Below, piece after piece: positions 44,477 to 55,437 of a stretch of DNA of 64,000 nucleotides. Numbering within the stretch: position 1 is the stretch's first letter; each line of letters starts with the position of its first letter. The stretch spans positions 1 through 64,000 of the forward strand of contig JAUCBJ010008071.1 of the NCBI GenBank assembly GCA_032718475.1. The letters run 5' to 3'. The position numbers were made by a program, and so were the translations under genes. The notes beneath the pieces were generated by a model. It was not told the DNA's origin, searched no databases, and was given only the letters and a program-made list of their open reading frames with translations. The stretch is from Nemertoderma westbladi. Its lineage: Eukaryota > Animalia > Xenacoelomorpha.

Positions 44477-47400
44477 ATGTCTGACACCCAGCAAAACCTG
44501 TCAGACAGTCTAATCGATACAACCATCTGTGACACAGATAGGAGTGTGGAGCGATTAAGAAAGGAGTTCAGCTCACCTCCTACTGAAAGAAAGGTCATCC
44601 CTCCAGTAGTAGTATCAGACCCTAAGCTAATCCAACACCGTAGGTCTATCATCGGCACTCGGGCCCAAGTCAAACGGAACCAGGAAGCAGCTGTCCAACA
44701 GCAGCAACATCCTAGTCAAGAAACTTGTTCCCAGCGATCCGATAGCTCCAGTAGTTCGGATACTGTAGAGCTGACCCCCGAACGCGGAGTGCAGATGGCG
44801 GCTACAGCCTACTCGGATCCCCTTCTCACCCTTCCTGCCGCAGTGCTAACTACTATATTGATTGCGGTGGAGGAACATCAAGCCGATTGGGCGAGAAGTA
44901 AGCGAGCGACCCAAGATAGTTATGCGGGATACGCCAGGGAAGAATTGATGTCTATTGTCGAGTCACAATGGAACTTTCCCGGACCCGGACTCCCGTTAGA
45001 TTTGTCCGAAGCTACTTGGGAAGATATACACAGGATGGGAGTGACTAAAGATACAATGGATCCAGCTGTTTGGAAGAGGTCGGCAGCAGGATATGTGCAG
45101 GGATTCTTCGGCTCCTTAGAGCGATTGGAAGAACAACTGTTTCGACAACCCCAAGGACCTCAAGAGCAGGAAGAGCTGCTATATCAAGTACGCGAAAGAA
45201 CCCTACGCATTAGACTAATCCTATCAGCCTTTGAGGAAACTTCCAAAAGAAGACAGGACACGTCGCTGCAGGTTGCTGTCAAAACTTGGTTCCAGCGGGT
45301 AGGTATCAAAGTACAAGAAACGGCCCAGTGGAAATCCCAGCTGGCTGAGAGACTAACCTATGAAGAACCAACCGATGCCACCCTTTCTCAAGTGGAAAGC
45401 GAAGTGACCGCAGAGAGACCACGAACGAGAGACGCCATCGACATTTATCTGTCCGACTATCAGCGATTCCTAGGAGACGAAGAGTTGAGGAGACGGCTGT
45501 CTGGACTTTCCCCTAATAGTGAAGGAACCCAGCTTGTGTTGGACTCAATCGATGCTGAAATGTTAGCTGCAAACCAAGCTAAATTTGATGAAAAACTTCG
45601 CCTCGCTAGAGTCCAGGAAGAAGAAGTAAAGAAAAGGCGGATAGAGGACCGAAAAGCAGCGGCAATCGCAGAAGCAGAAGCGGAAAGAAAGGAGGCAGCG
45701 GCAATGGCAGAAGCAGAAGCAGAAAGAAAGGCGGCAAAGGCAATCGCAGAAGCAGAAGCGGATAGAAAGGAGGCAGCGGCAATGGCAGAAGCAGAAGCAG
45801 AAAGAAAGGCGGCAAAGGCAGTAGCAGAAGCAGAACGGAGAGCGTCTGAGGAGACCACACAACTGGAGTTGGAAAATCTTCAAGAGACGCAAGACAACAT
45901 AAATAAACAGTTAACTGCTAGTCACATGCAGATGATGAGAAGATCTACTCCCAAACGCCAGGGATACACATCATCGGAGGAAAGCGAAACCACCGATCCT
46001 GAAGGCGGAGGAAATAGATCTCGTCTAAGCAGGCGTAGAAAAACATCTCACCGTCACAAATTGCCTGATTTGCCCCCAGCTGTTAGAAGACAACTAGCTA
46101 GCACAGACTTAAGTAGTATAGAACCTACAGACCAAATTATTAAGATCAAAAAACTCCCTACTATAGTTGATGAGCCTGAAATAATTAGGCCTGTCGTTCC
46201 CAAAGTCACTCCTGTGCTAGAGACCCCTGTACTTCCAGAGCTTAACTCTAAATTCCCTTTACACAGTACTACACTGCCTGTACCCGGTAGAACAGTCCAT
46301 GAGAATATCCCTGTCCTGGAAGCTGAGAGAGAAATCAAAGATTTGTCTCCTGTCGTCCCGCGTCAGCCCGCTACAATGTTGGCGACTCCCGCTTCGGCGG
46401 TCGAGTGGGTAGAGGAGGGACGGCGGGGGATGAATCTCCTGCTCGGACAGATGCAGGAGACTGTCCACCAACTTAAGGGAACCGTAAGGGAAGGTAGGGC
46501 AGAATTGCAAGAAGTGCAGCAAAGTATCGCGCTAGAACGCGACAAATTAGTCAATATACAAAAAGGTATACCAATACCCCCTGTAAAATTGTGTCAACCT
46601 GTTAGGTCTGAAGTATTACATGCGCAAAGTGTGGAGCCTACACGCATCTATACTGCTAGTGAAGTAGAAACTCCTATAGCAAACCCTATTAAGGGTGATT
46701 ATAGACCTGTTGTGGATGATATTCCCTATAGACCTGATAATGATCCGAGAAATTTATATACCGATAATTCGATATTAAATAACACGATGGCCCAAGAAAG
46801 CTTTACGCGTCAGATGGCTAGAACAGAAGCCCGCCAAGCGGTCAAAGTGGGAGAGATCGTCAAATTCAATGGAGATGAGATGAAATGGTTACCTTTCAAC
46901 GAATATTACAAAGACAGCATACAGAACTCTGTGCTATCTAACGGAGAGAAACTTAGGTTCCTCATCAAGTGCTTGGAAGGACCTCCCAAGTTAATGGCGT
47001 TAAAGTTTATTGGACATCCAGAAGGATTAAGACAAGTTTGGGATACATTAAACATCAGGTATGGTAACAAGGATAACATAGCTAAGTATTTGTATGCAAA
47101 ATTAGTAGCCCCCCGAAACTTCCTTAGTAGCGGGATTATAGAGTTTTCCGATGAGATTCAGGAGATTTGTAGACAATTGGACTGGTTAGGTAAGTCTCAT
47201 GAATATCAGAGTTCCATGGTTATTGGAGCAGTAGTCTCTACTTTACCAAAGGGTGGAGTATGTACACGCTGGGACAAGAAAGTGTTGTATATGAGTGAGC
47301 AGCAACGACGAAGCCCTACCATGGCTGATCTCATGTCCTTCTTAGATGGTGAAGTAAAACTACAACTCATCAAGCAGTCCAGAGAGAAAACATCGGAAAA

Positions 47401-48121
47401 TAAGGTAAGTGAGAAACCCGCTTCTAGGAGAAGAGTAACACCAGTGTGTTACACTGACGACGGCGAAAGCCAAGCTTCTCAAGAAGAGGACAGCGGGAAA
47501 GACACTGACAAATTTTACTACGTTAACAAAACCCCAAAAGACGTAAGTAAATACAAGGCTCGAACCAACGTTAGGAGAGAACAGGTTGCCAAGACCCCTC
47601 CTCAGTCTCCTAACAGAATGCACGGAAGAAAGCCCGAAGAAAGAACGAGAGTGCATCAGGTTACCCAAGGTAAAGTGAGTAACATAAAACCTAACTGTGC
47701 GCTGTGCGACGGGACCCACCGTTTGAGTGCGTGTGCTGAATTTCTAAAGAAATCCCTTGTAGACAGACGTGCAGTCGTGTGGGATAAGCGGTTATGCTAT
47801 AATTGCCTCAGACCAGGACACCAACGGCGAACCTGTTACTCCGACGTAAAGTGTGCAAAGTGTAGCGCGAAACATCACATCTTGTTACACAGTGAGTTCG
47901 AACGAGACAACCCGAGTCAGGTAAGTGAGCCCGAACTACATGTCCAATTCAGTGATGTAAACGACACTGATCAAGAATCTGAGATGGAAGGATTCTATAC
48001 TGACGAATTCTCCGACGCCAACGAATCCTGTTATCTAATCAATACCGCAGTGTATCGAGCACTTACTTATGAAAAGGACACCGTTTCAGGAGAACAGCAA
48101 AATAGCAGTGCTAGTGACTAG
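44477..48121 (+). CDS. Bel/Pao Gag-like protein (1214 aa)
   Basis: DUF1759-like KFNGDEMKWLPF...EKLRFLIKCLEG...L..RYG; three Bel-type knuckles CALCDGTHRLSAC, CYNCLRPGHQRRTC, CAKCSAKHHILLH; long coiled-coil N-terminal extension. Confidence 0.9.
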   Translation: MSDTQQNLSDSLIDTTICDTDRSVERLRKEFSSPPTERKVIPPVVVSDPKLIQHRRSIIGTRAQVKRNQEAAVQQQQHPSQETCSQRSDSSSSSDTVELTPERGVQMAATAYSDPLLTLPAAVLTTILIAVEEHQADWARSKRATQDSYAGYAREELMSIVESQWNFPGPGLPLDLSEATWEDIHRMGVTKDTMDPAVWKRSAAGYVQGFFGSLERLEEQLFRQPQGPQEQEELLYQVRERTLRIRLILSAFEETSKRRQDTSLQVAVKTWFQRVGIKVQETAQWKSQLAERLTYEEPTDATLSQVESEVTAERPRTRDAIDIYLSDYQRFLGDEELRRRLSGLSPNSEGTQLVLDSIDAEMLAANQAKFDEKLRLARVQEEEVKKRRIEDRKAAAIAEAEAERKEAAAMAEAEAERKAAKAIAEAEADRKEAAAMAEAEAERKAAKAVAEAERRASEETTQLELENLQETQDNINKQLTASHMQMMRRSTPKRQGYTSSEESETTDPEGGGNRSRLSRRRKTSHRHKLPDLPPAVRRQLASTDLSSIEPTDQIIKIKKLPTIVDEPEIIRPVVPKVTPVLETPVLPELNSKFPLHSTTLPVPGRTVHENIPVLEAEREIKDLSPVVPRQPATMLATPASAVEWVEEGRRGMNLLLGQMQETVHQLKGTVREGRAELQEVQQSIALERDKLVNIQKGIPIPPVKLCQPVRSEVLHAQSVEPTRIYTASEVETPIANPIKGDYRPVVDDIPYRPDNDPRNLYTDNSILNNTMAQESFTRQMARTEARQAVKVGEIVKFNGDEMKWLPFNEYYKDSIQNSVLSNGEKLRFLIKCLEGPPKLMALKFIGHPEGLRQVWDTLNIRYGNKDNIAKYLYAKLVAPRNFLSSGIIEFSDEIQEICRQLDWLGKSHEYQSSMVIGAVVSTLPKGGVCTRWDKKVLYMSEQQRRSPTMADLMSFLDGEVKLQLIKQSREKTSENKVSEKPASRRRVTPVCYTDDGESQASQEEDSGKDTDKFYYVNKTPKDVSKYKARTNVRREQVAKTPPQSPNRMHGRKPEERTRVHQVTQGKVSNIKPNCALCDGTHRLSACAEFLKKSLVDRRAVVWDKRLCYNCLRPGHQRRTCYSDVKCAKCSAKHHILLHSEFERDNPSQVSEPELHVQFSDVNDTDQESEMEGFYTDEFSDANESCYLINTAVYRALTYEKDTVSGEQQNSSASD

Positions 48122-48124
48122 CTG

Positions 48125-49388
48125 TCCACCTGGTGAAATACTGGATATAAATATTGACGTTAGATTTATTATTTACCTTCTTATGTTTATGAGGGGGGGG
48201 GGGGGGGGGGGGGGGGGTAGTGGTGCAAGGACTTGGATTGTGGATTATACTTAAATTATAATTAGATTTAAAATTAGAATGACATAAATACATATTTTTC
48301 GTGCAGAGTGCCAAAGAGACTCACCCGGGTGAGACAAAAAGGAAGCGTGACCCCGCGCCCGGGTGAGACAAAAATGGAGAGTGTCCCCTCGCCGGGTGTG
48401 ACAAAATGAAGCGTGACCCCGCGCCCGGGTGAGACAAAAATTAAGCGTGACCCCGCGCCCGGGTGAGACAAAAAATGAAGCGTGACCCCGCGCCCGGGTG
48501 AGATAAAAATGGAGAGTGACCCCTCGCCGGGTGTGACAAAATGAAGCGTGACCCCGCGCCCGGGTGAGACAAAATGAAGAGTGACCCCTCGCCGGGTGAG
48601 GCAAAAATGAAGCGTGCCCCACGCCCGGGTGAGACAAATAATTAAGCGTGGCCCCGCGCCCGGGTGAGACAAAAGATGAAGCGTGGCCCCGCGCCCGGGT
48701 GAGACAAAAATGGAGAGTGACCCCTCGCCGGGTGAGACAAAAATGAAGCGTGACTCCAAGCCAGGGTGAGACAAACAAATTATGAGTTGTAAGGGACAAA
48801 TATCTATATATAAATATTTCAGTTTAATAAGAACAATTTTAATTTATTTAAAAATAAAGATTTGCTTGTGATTGAACGAAGTTCAGAATTTAGACTGTTC
48901 CACATTAACGATCCTTGAAGAGCCAGTGATTGATGAGCCACATTGAGTCGAACTCTAGGTAACCTATATAAACCTGATGCTGCTGAGCGTGTGTTATGAG
49001 AATGTATATCACTAAATTTTGTAAACAAATGGGATAAAGAACCAGGAACATTATGGTTTATATCATACATTAGTTTACAAACTTGGTATTTATATAACTT
49101 CTCTAGAGGTAACACCTTTAGTTGGCGGTACAGGGGTAGTGAGGATGTACGGTAGTGACTAAATGTAATTACTCGTAAAATTTTATTTATTTTTGTCCTT
49201 ATAGGCTTTAAAATTGAGTCACACGCAGCCCCCCAAACAATTAAGCCATAATTAGTAAGAATTCATAATTATTGAATTCACAATTATAATATGTAATATA
49301 ATAATATATGTATAATATAATATATAATTATAATAATGGAATATATGGAATATTATATATATAATATGAATTCACAATTCATGAATAC
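48125..49388 (-). mobile_element. 5'-truncated L2/Crack-like LINE inserted between gag and protease
   Basis: 48819-49260 minus: LPLEKLYKYQVCKLMY...HSHNTR...QGSLMWNSL...KLKLFLLN*, a typical LINE RT C-terminus; interrupts KIAVLV.../VRVHGP...ALLDSGS. Confidence 0.75.
48320..48775. repeat. ~36-bp minisatellite (cgcccgggtgagacaaaaatgaagcgtgacccc), ~12 copies
   Basis: Direct tandem array within the inserted segment. Confidence 0.92.
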
Positions 49389-49937
49389 GTAAGAGTTCAC
49401 GGTCCTAACAAAAGTTACATAGTGAACGCACTCCTTGACTCCGGCAGCACAGGAACATTCATCGATCAAGAACTAGCCGAAGATATCTTTGCTGGACAAC
49501 CCAAATTCCGGACTAAATTGAACATGTCAGGAATTATGCAGGATTGGAAATCTACCCTAACGGCAGACTACTATGTAGGTGTGTTGTCCACCCCCCCAGG
49601 ATAAATTAGGAGCACAAGGTATAAGGTCGGTAAAAATGGTGGCTATAAAGAACTTCGCTACTACTCAAGCAGACCTTTATAATTGGGACGAGGATGAGAG
49701 CATCCAACATCTTAAGATACCTCGATTCCAGACAGATTATCCTGGAGGTGCAAATACTCATCGGCCAAAATGCGCATGAGGCGCTCGAGACATTGGAGAA
49801 ACGGCCTGCTCAACCGCAGCCACTGCAAACCTATGCGGTAAGAACTAGAGTAGGTTGGTACTTTACTGGCCCTTCCCGCAGAACTCTCGAAGAGAGAATG
49901 CCACAAGAACGAATATAACCAAGTAAACGATGGGGAA
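49389..49937 (+). pseudogene. Bel/Pao aspartyl protease region, frameshifted
   Basis: VRVHGPNKSYIVNALLDSGSTGTFI; ILIGQNAHEAL...AVRTRVGWYFTGP spread over three successive frames. Confidence 0.85.
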
Positions 49938-52900
49938 GTGGAGAGCAGTGAGGTGGACGAACTAACTGAGGGAACACCATACTCCTCAGATAATGACGAC
50001 ATCTACCAACTCTTCGATGAAGAGAACACCATCGACCTACTTACAGAAAACAAAACGTGGAAAAATCAGGTGAACCTATGTCAACTGATTCGCCCATCGG
50101 AACCCATTGATTACAATGACGAACTAAATGACGAGATAGAGCGCTACAACGCTAGAACTCGGGACGAACTAGCCGTACGATTCTTTACTCAAGAACTGGT
50201 AGAGCCCAATTCATACGATAAGGCTCTATCGATAGAAGAAGAAAGAGCCAAGCAAATCCAGGAAACAACTACACGTTTTTTAAAGGACCAAGGTAGATAT
50301 GAAATCAGCCTACCATTTCGAAAACGAGAACCTAGATTTATAAATAACAGACCCTTGGCAGAGAAAAGAATCGCTCAATTACATCGACGCCTTACGGCTA
50401 ATGCTTCAGCTAAAGAAATGTACCAAACTCAGTTGAAGAAATTTATAACAAAGGGATACGCGGAGCGAGTACCGGAAGGAACACCAGTGACTGAGAGAAC
50501 GTATTACTTAACACATCATTACGTTCCCAAACCCGGTAAACCCCATGAAGTACGAGTCGTATTCGATGGCTCTGCTCTATATATGGGCCAATCCCTCAAT
50601 TCCGAGTTGTTACCAGGACCCAACTTACTCCAATCCTTGTTGGGAATACTTTTAAGATTAAGACAATATTCCATCGCGTTCGCCTCCGATATAGAAGGAA
50701 TGTTCTTACAAGTCAAGGCGCTGGATAGAGATAGAGACAGTCTGAGATTTCTGTGGTGGCCTGAAGGAGACCTCAACCAGAAACCGGTAGAGTACTGGAT
50801 GACCATCCAGGCTTTTGGGATCATATCAAGCCCTTCCAACGCCTGCTCCGTGGTGCGAACCACTGCGAATGACAACCGAGACGCCTTCTCCAAAGAGGTG
50901 ATAGACAACATCAAACGTAATATATACATGGACGACAATTTAAGGTCCCTTCCATCAGTAGAAGAAGCCATAGATGTCGCGAAAGGAACGGTAGAGTGTT
51001 TGAAAAGAGGTGGATTTCGACTGACGAAATTCACCAGCAACTCCCGTGAGTTTCTGGAAGCGATACCGGTAGAAGACCGAGGAGCGAAAGACCTAGACTT
51101 AATAAAGGACGATCTTCCTGAAACCAAGACGCTTGGCTTGAAGTGGGACACTGAAAGAGACATCCTGTTTTTTCAGCTAAAACAGCGAGATAATCCAGTT
51201 CGGACCAAACGGATTTGTTTAAGTATCCTGAGCACTTATTTCGACCCATTGGGATTTATTAGCCCAGTTATATTGATTGCTCGGAGTTTAGTACAACAAA
51301 TGTGGCTTGAAAACCACTCATGGGACGATCCGCTTAAGGGAGAACTGTTGAAGAAATGGATGAAATGGGAAGATTCTCTACCGGCCATCGAGAACTTTAT
51401 AATTTCCCGTGCATATTTTGGTCATGTTCTTCCTACGTATTCCTATCAACTCCATGTGTTTGGAGACGCCAGCGACATGGGAATAGGTATAGTAGCATAT
51501 CTGCGAGTCGAAACTCCGGATGGAATCAAAGTCGCCTTGGTTACCTCTAAGGCATTGATTAACAACAAGTTAAAGGTTCCTCGAGCGGAGTTAAAGGCGG
51601 CTTTATACGCTACAGCCATCGGCCGGAACGTAACAGAACAAATCGACTATCCACTGGAGAAAACGGTTTATTGGACCGACGCTTTACTCGTGTTGGAGTA
51701 TCTAACCAATGAAGTCTGTCAGTTCAGCGTTTTTGTTACTAACAGGGTAGCTATTATTCTTAGTCGCACAAAGATAGATCAATGGAGACATTGTCCTGGT
51801 ACGATTAATCCAGCCGATATCGCCTCCAGGGGAGCAACTCCACAGGAACTGATAGATACTCCAGATTGGTTGGGTGGACCCGACTTCCTGAGCAAGGAAG
51901 AGGATGAATGGCCTCCTCACCTTACTACGGCGGAGATTAGACAAGCCAAGGGAGCGGAGACAGTCAAACCTAAAACCCGGGCGAGTAAATCGAAGTTATT
52001 TAAACCGACGATCGATCTATCTGTATTACATACTTCCGGGAATGATGCTTCGGATCCACAATCCCTCGACACAAATAAGTCTGTTGTGGAAATTAGAGAT
52101 AGAGATTGGAAATCTGGAATACCAGACATCTCGCAAGGAATCTCACCCCTGCTGCAGAGAGCAATGCATCACTACAGTTCCTGGAATCGGCTCTGTAAGG
52201 CCGTCACGTATTTAAGGAGATGTTTTCATCATCACTACTCCAGGACGAAGACAATTAGTGATACCGCTCCATTGACATCTGCGCAAGTTCATGTTATTAA
52301 AAATTTACCCAAATATAAGACATCCGACCGGTTTCTAAAGGAGAAAATTAGTCACCAGGAGCATGAAGAAACAAATAAGCAGATACTGAGACTCCTGCAA
52401 TGCTATGAGGATTCCGATAAGTATTTCCTGTTGTTGAGAAATCCGCAGATGCGCTTAAGGGATCGATTCTCTAGCACAATGATAGATGGGTTAATACGTG
52501 TTGGAGGAAGGCTCACCAATGCGCCATTATCCTTTGACACTAAATTCCCTATACTCATTAGAAATCTTGAAGTACAAATCAAGATGATTGTAGATGTTCA
52601 CAGTAAACTTTATCATGCTGGTAGAGAACGAGTTCTTCGTGAAATTCGAACTCGCTATTATTTTGATAAACCCCGTAGAGCTCTGAACCAAGTTCTTAGG
52701 AACTGCATACCCTGTAGGAAAGCATTCAGTAGGCCTTTAACACAGCGAGAGGCAGAATTACGTAGGGAACGAGTAAGCTTCTATGAACCACCTTTTACTA
52801 ATACTGGTGTAGATTTATTTGGCCCTATTGAAGTATATCGTGCTAGGACTATAGTCAAGAGATGGTGTGTCATCTTCGTATGCATGACTTGTAGAGCCAT

Positions 52901-53810
52901 CCATCTCGATATGGTGAACGATCTATCTACCAACAGCTTCGTCTTAAGTTTACGCCGACAGATCGCTCGCTTCGGGACGAGTAATACCATGAGATCGGAT
53001 AAGGGAACGAATTTCATTGGTGCCAATAACGAAATACAGGCTTACGTGAAGGACTGGAACCAAAGACAGGTGGACGATCAGCTAAGGATAACAGCGTCTA
53101 GCTGGACCTTCAACGCCGCCGACGCCCCTTGGTGGGGAGGAAGTTGGGAGAGATTAATTAGAAGTGTCAAGACTGCATTTCACTTTATAGTGCCATGCCG
53201 CGCGTATCTCACCGACGAACTTTTGCGGACATTAATGGAGGAAATAGCTGCCTATCTCAACGAGAGACCGCTTATGCCAGTCTCATCGAGTCCCGATTCC
53301 CTGGAAGCGCTAACACCCGCGCACTTCCTACTGAAGAAACCTGTAGCCATGGTCCCACGATCGGAGATTGCCGACGGAGACGAATACTGCCGCCGAACTT
53401 GGCAACTTATGCAGTTGCTATCCCGTCGTTTCGCTGACCATTTCGAGAAACATTATCTGCCCACGCTACAACTTCGAACTAAGTGGTTTGCGCAGCAAGA
53501 AAACGTCAGCGCCAGAGATATGGTGCTTATTGTAGATTCAGACCTCCCACGTAAATGGTGGCAGACAGGTCGTATCATCGAGACTCACATCTCGGATGAT
53601 GGTTTAGTACGCTCGGTAGAACTCGTCGTCATGCGGCGTAACTTCAAGAAGCCAGGCATAATCTTTGAGACGCAACAACTCAACCGCCCAGTTGGTCGTT
53701 TATGTTTACTGGAAAGAGACAGAGAACTCTCCGGAAACTATGGAAGGCAAGACACTCTTCCCACGATCACCTCCCTAATTCCTCAAATATCTAGGGACTC
53801 CCCAACGTGA
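49938..53810 (+). CDS. Bel/Pao Pol: RT, RNase H (Pao-type) and integrase (1290 aa open frame)
   Basis: YYLTHH, RVVFDGS, SLNSELLPGPNL, DIEGMFLQV, FGIISSP, YMDD, LGLKW, FDPLG, LHVFGDAS, PRAELKAA, WTDA, NPADIASRG, H...CIPC, GVDLFGP, SDKGTNF, GGSWERLI, DGLVR. Confidence 0.96.
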   Translation: MESSEVDELTEGTPYSSDNDDIYQLFDEENTIDLLTENKTWKNQVNLCQLIRPSEPIDYNDELNDEIERYNARTRDELAVRFFTQELVEPNSYDKALSIEEERAKQIQETTTRFLKDQGRYEISLPFRKREPRFINNRPLAEKRIAQLHRRLTANASAKEMYQTQLKKFITKGYAERVPEGTPVTERTYYLTHHYVPKPGKPHEVRVVFDGSALYMGQSLNSELLPGPNLLQSLLGILLRLRQYSIAFASDIEGMFLQVKALDRDRDSLRFLWWPEGDLNQKPVEYWMTIQAFGIISSPSNACSVVRTTANDNRDAFSKEVIDNIKRNIYMDDNLRSLPSVEEAIDVAKGTVECLKRGGFRLTKFTSNSREFLEAIPVEDRGAKDLDLIKDDLPETKTLGLKWDTERDILFFQLKQRDNPVRTKRICLSILSTYFDPLGFISPVILIARSLVQQMWLENHSWDDPLKGELLKKWMKWEDSLPAIENFIISRAYFGHVLPTYSYQLHVFGDASDMGIGIVAYLRVETPDGIKVALVTSKALINNKLKVPRAELKAALYATAIGRNVTEQIDYPLEKTVYWTDALLVLEYLTNEVCQFSVFVTNRVAIILSRTKIDQWRHCPGTINPADIASRGATPQELIDTPDWLGGPDFLSKEEDEWPPHLTTAEIRQAKGAETVKPKTRASKSKLFKPTIDLSVLHTSGNDASDPQSLDTNKSVVEIRDRDWKSGIPDISQGISPLLQRAMHHYSSWNRLCKAVTYLRRCFHHHYSRTKTISDTAPLTSAQVHVIKNLPKYKTSDRFLKEKISHQEHEETNKQILRLLQCYEDSDKYFLLLRNPQMRLRDRFSSTMIDGLIRVGGRLTNAPLSFDTKFPILIRNLEVQIKMIVDVHSKLYHAGRERVLREIRTRYYFDKPRRALNQVLRNCIPCRKAFSRPLTQREAELRRERVSFYEPPFTNTGVDLFGPIEVYRARTIVKRWCVIFVCMTCRAIHLDMVNDLSTNSFVLSLRRQIARFGTSNTMRSDKGTNFIGANNEIQAYVKDWNQRQVDDQLRITASSWTFNAADAPWWGGSWERLIRSVKTAFHFIVPCRAYLTDELLRTLMEEIAAYLNERPLMPVSSSPDSLEALTPAHFLLKKPVAMVPRSEIADGDEYCRRTWQLMQLLSRRFADHFEKHYLPTLQLRTKWFAQQENVSARDMVLIVDSDLPRKWWQTGRIIETHISDDGLVRSVELVVMRRNFKKPGIIFETQQLNRPVGRLCLLERDRELSGNYGRQDTLPTITSLIPQISRDSPT

Positions 53811-54334
53811 TACGTCTGGAGTGGGTGTATGACTATATTGTTTTATCTATTTTTATTATATTTTTATATGCGAACTTTATTATGTACTTTATTATAATCG
53901 TTTTTATTCAATTTTATTTAGTAGAAGGTTATTTTAGATTATTTGGTATATTAGTGCAATATATTAGTGTTTATTACGTAATTACATATATAATATATAT
54001 TTAGTATGACGGCGAGAAATAATTTTTCTCTTTCCTTACTGTCCGTATCATATTATAAATACGTGACTACAGTAAGATGAAATGTCCGTACTTATTAAAG
54101 TACAATAAAGCCACTACTATATTCAAGTATTATTGGTAGGCAGAGTATTAGGAATGCAAAGTTCAGATCCTCGTGTCTCGGCTAAACCAAGCTCTGGGTA
54201 GACCTTGGAAACGACTTGCCTCTTCACACTGACATTGCTTCGTGCGATATTGCTCTTCTACCTTATATTAAATAATACATATAGTAGCGTGATGTCCATA
54301 TAACAGTAGCGTAAAACGCAAATAAATCTGTTAA

Positions 54335-54615
54335 ACCTTTTGACCATCTGTAATTCTAGTCGATTAAGATATCGCGGCACCCACCGATATACTTGAAAGA
54401 CAAATTCTAGAATCAGTGGTTAACGTCCCCAGACAAGTTCTGGAATAAATTGGTGCCCATCTTGAATATTAATTTAATATTTATTAAAATCTGTAAAATT
54501 CAAATCCTTTAAAATTTCTAGTCAATTAAGATATCGCAGCACTTACCGATACTCTTAAAAGACAATTTTATAGAATTAGGGATCCTCAGTCCCCAGACAT
54601 GCTCTGGAATAAAAA
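54335..54615. repeat. ~165-bp direct duplication in the pol-ORF3 spacer
   Basis: ttctagtc.attaagatatcgc.gcac...gtccccagaca.g.tctggaataaa occurs twice. Confidence 0.7.
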
Positions 54616-55437
54616 TTATCATATATATTATTTTAACATCAAATAATAAAATTCACGGGAATAAATTTAAATTCATATTTTAAATGAATTTCATAAATTG
54701 TCGTTTTGTGCAATTTATAACATTCCCAAAATTCCATTAATTAATAGATCATGGGAGCGGAGATTCATCCTATTGAGTGTATTAGAGTGCGAGAATCTCC
54801 AACATATAGTCAATAGCCGATAAAATTAATAAAATCATGCATAAAGAGGATATTGACAATTAAAGAATTACTATTAAATAGCATCCCAGATCTGTATGCA
54901 TGAGAATTACCCTAATTCTACCGCTAGCATTCCATAATGTCACCATAGCAACACCCACGCTAGAATTAGAAGCAAGTTAAGAGAACAATAGAAAGCTTGT
55001 CCCATTGCATAGCATAGAGAATACATAGCACACTGTTAGTATCCAAGGATACACAGTAATAACGTGACATTCTGGAAGGCACTGACTAACGGACAAATGG
55101 CCTGTATGTGTACAATTGGTGACAGTTGTGTGGAATTTGTGCGTTTATAGGTGAATGTTACTGCTAAAGTATGTTTACAGTAGCTAGTCGCAATTGTAAA
55201 AGTAGCCCAACTCTCCTATAGAAAGAACCTCAAGTGGATCCAAGCCTTTGGGACGGACAGTGGAGTGACTTGTGCCGGTTATCGTTGTCGTGCTGTTGCT
55301 ACATGTTGGCGTAAACACCGCGACGACGGTACATCGGCGCTGAGAATCCCACTGTCCGGGGGCAAAGAGAGGTAGGCAGCGACGCCCGCTTGCCTAAACA
55401 TAAACTCATTTGATATTAATAAACTCAGATAGCAGAT

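Noticed and set aside
45460-53437. Antisense and alternate-frame ORFs over gag and pol
   Set aside because: Shadow ORFs of long coding regions with no independent motifs
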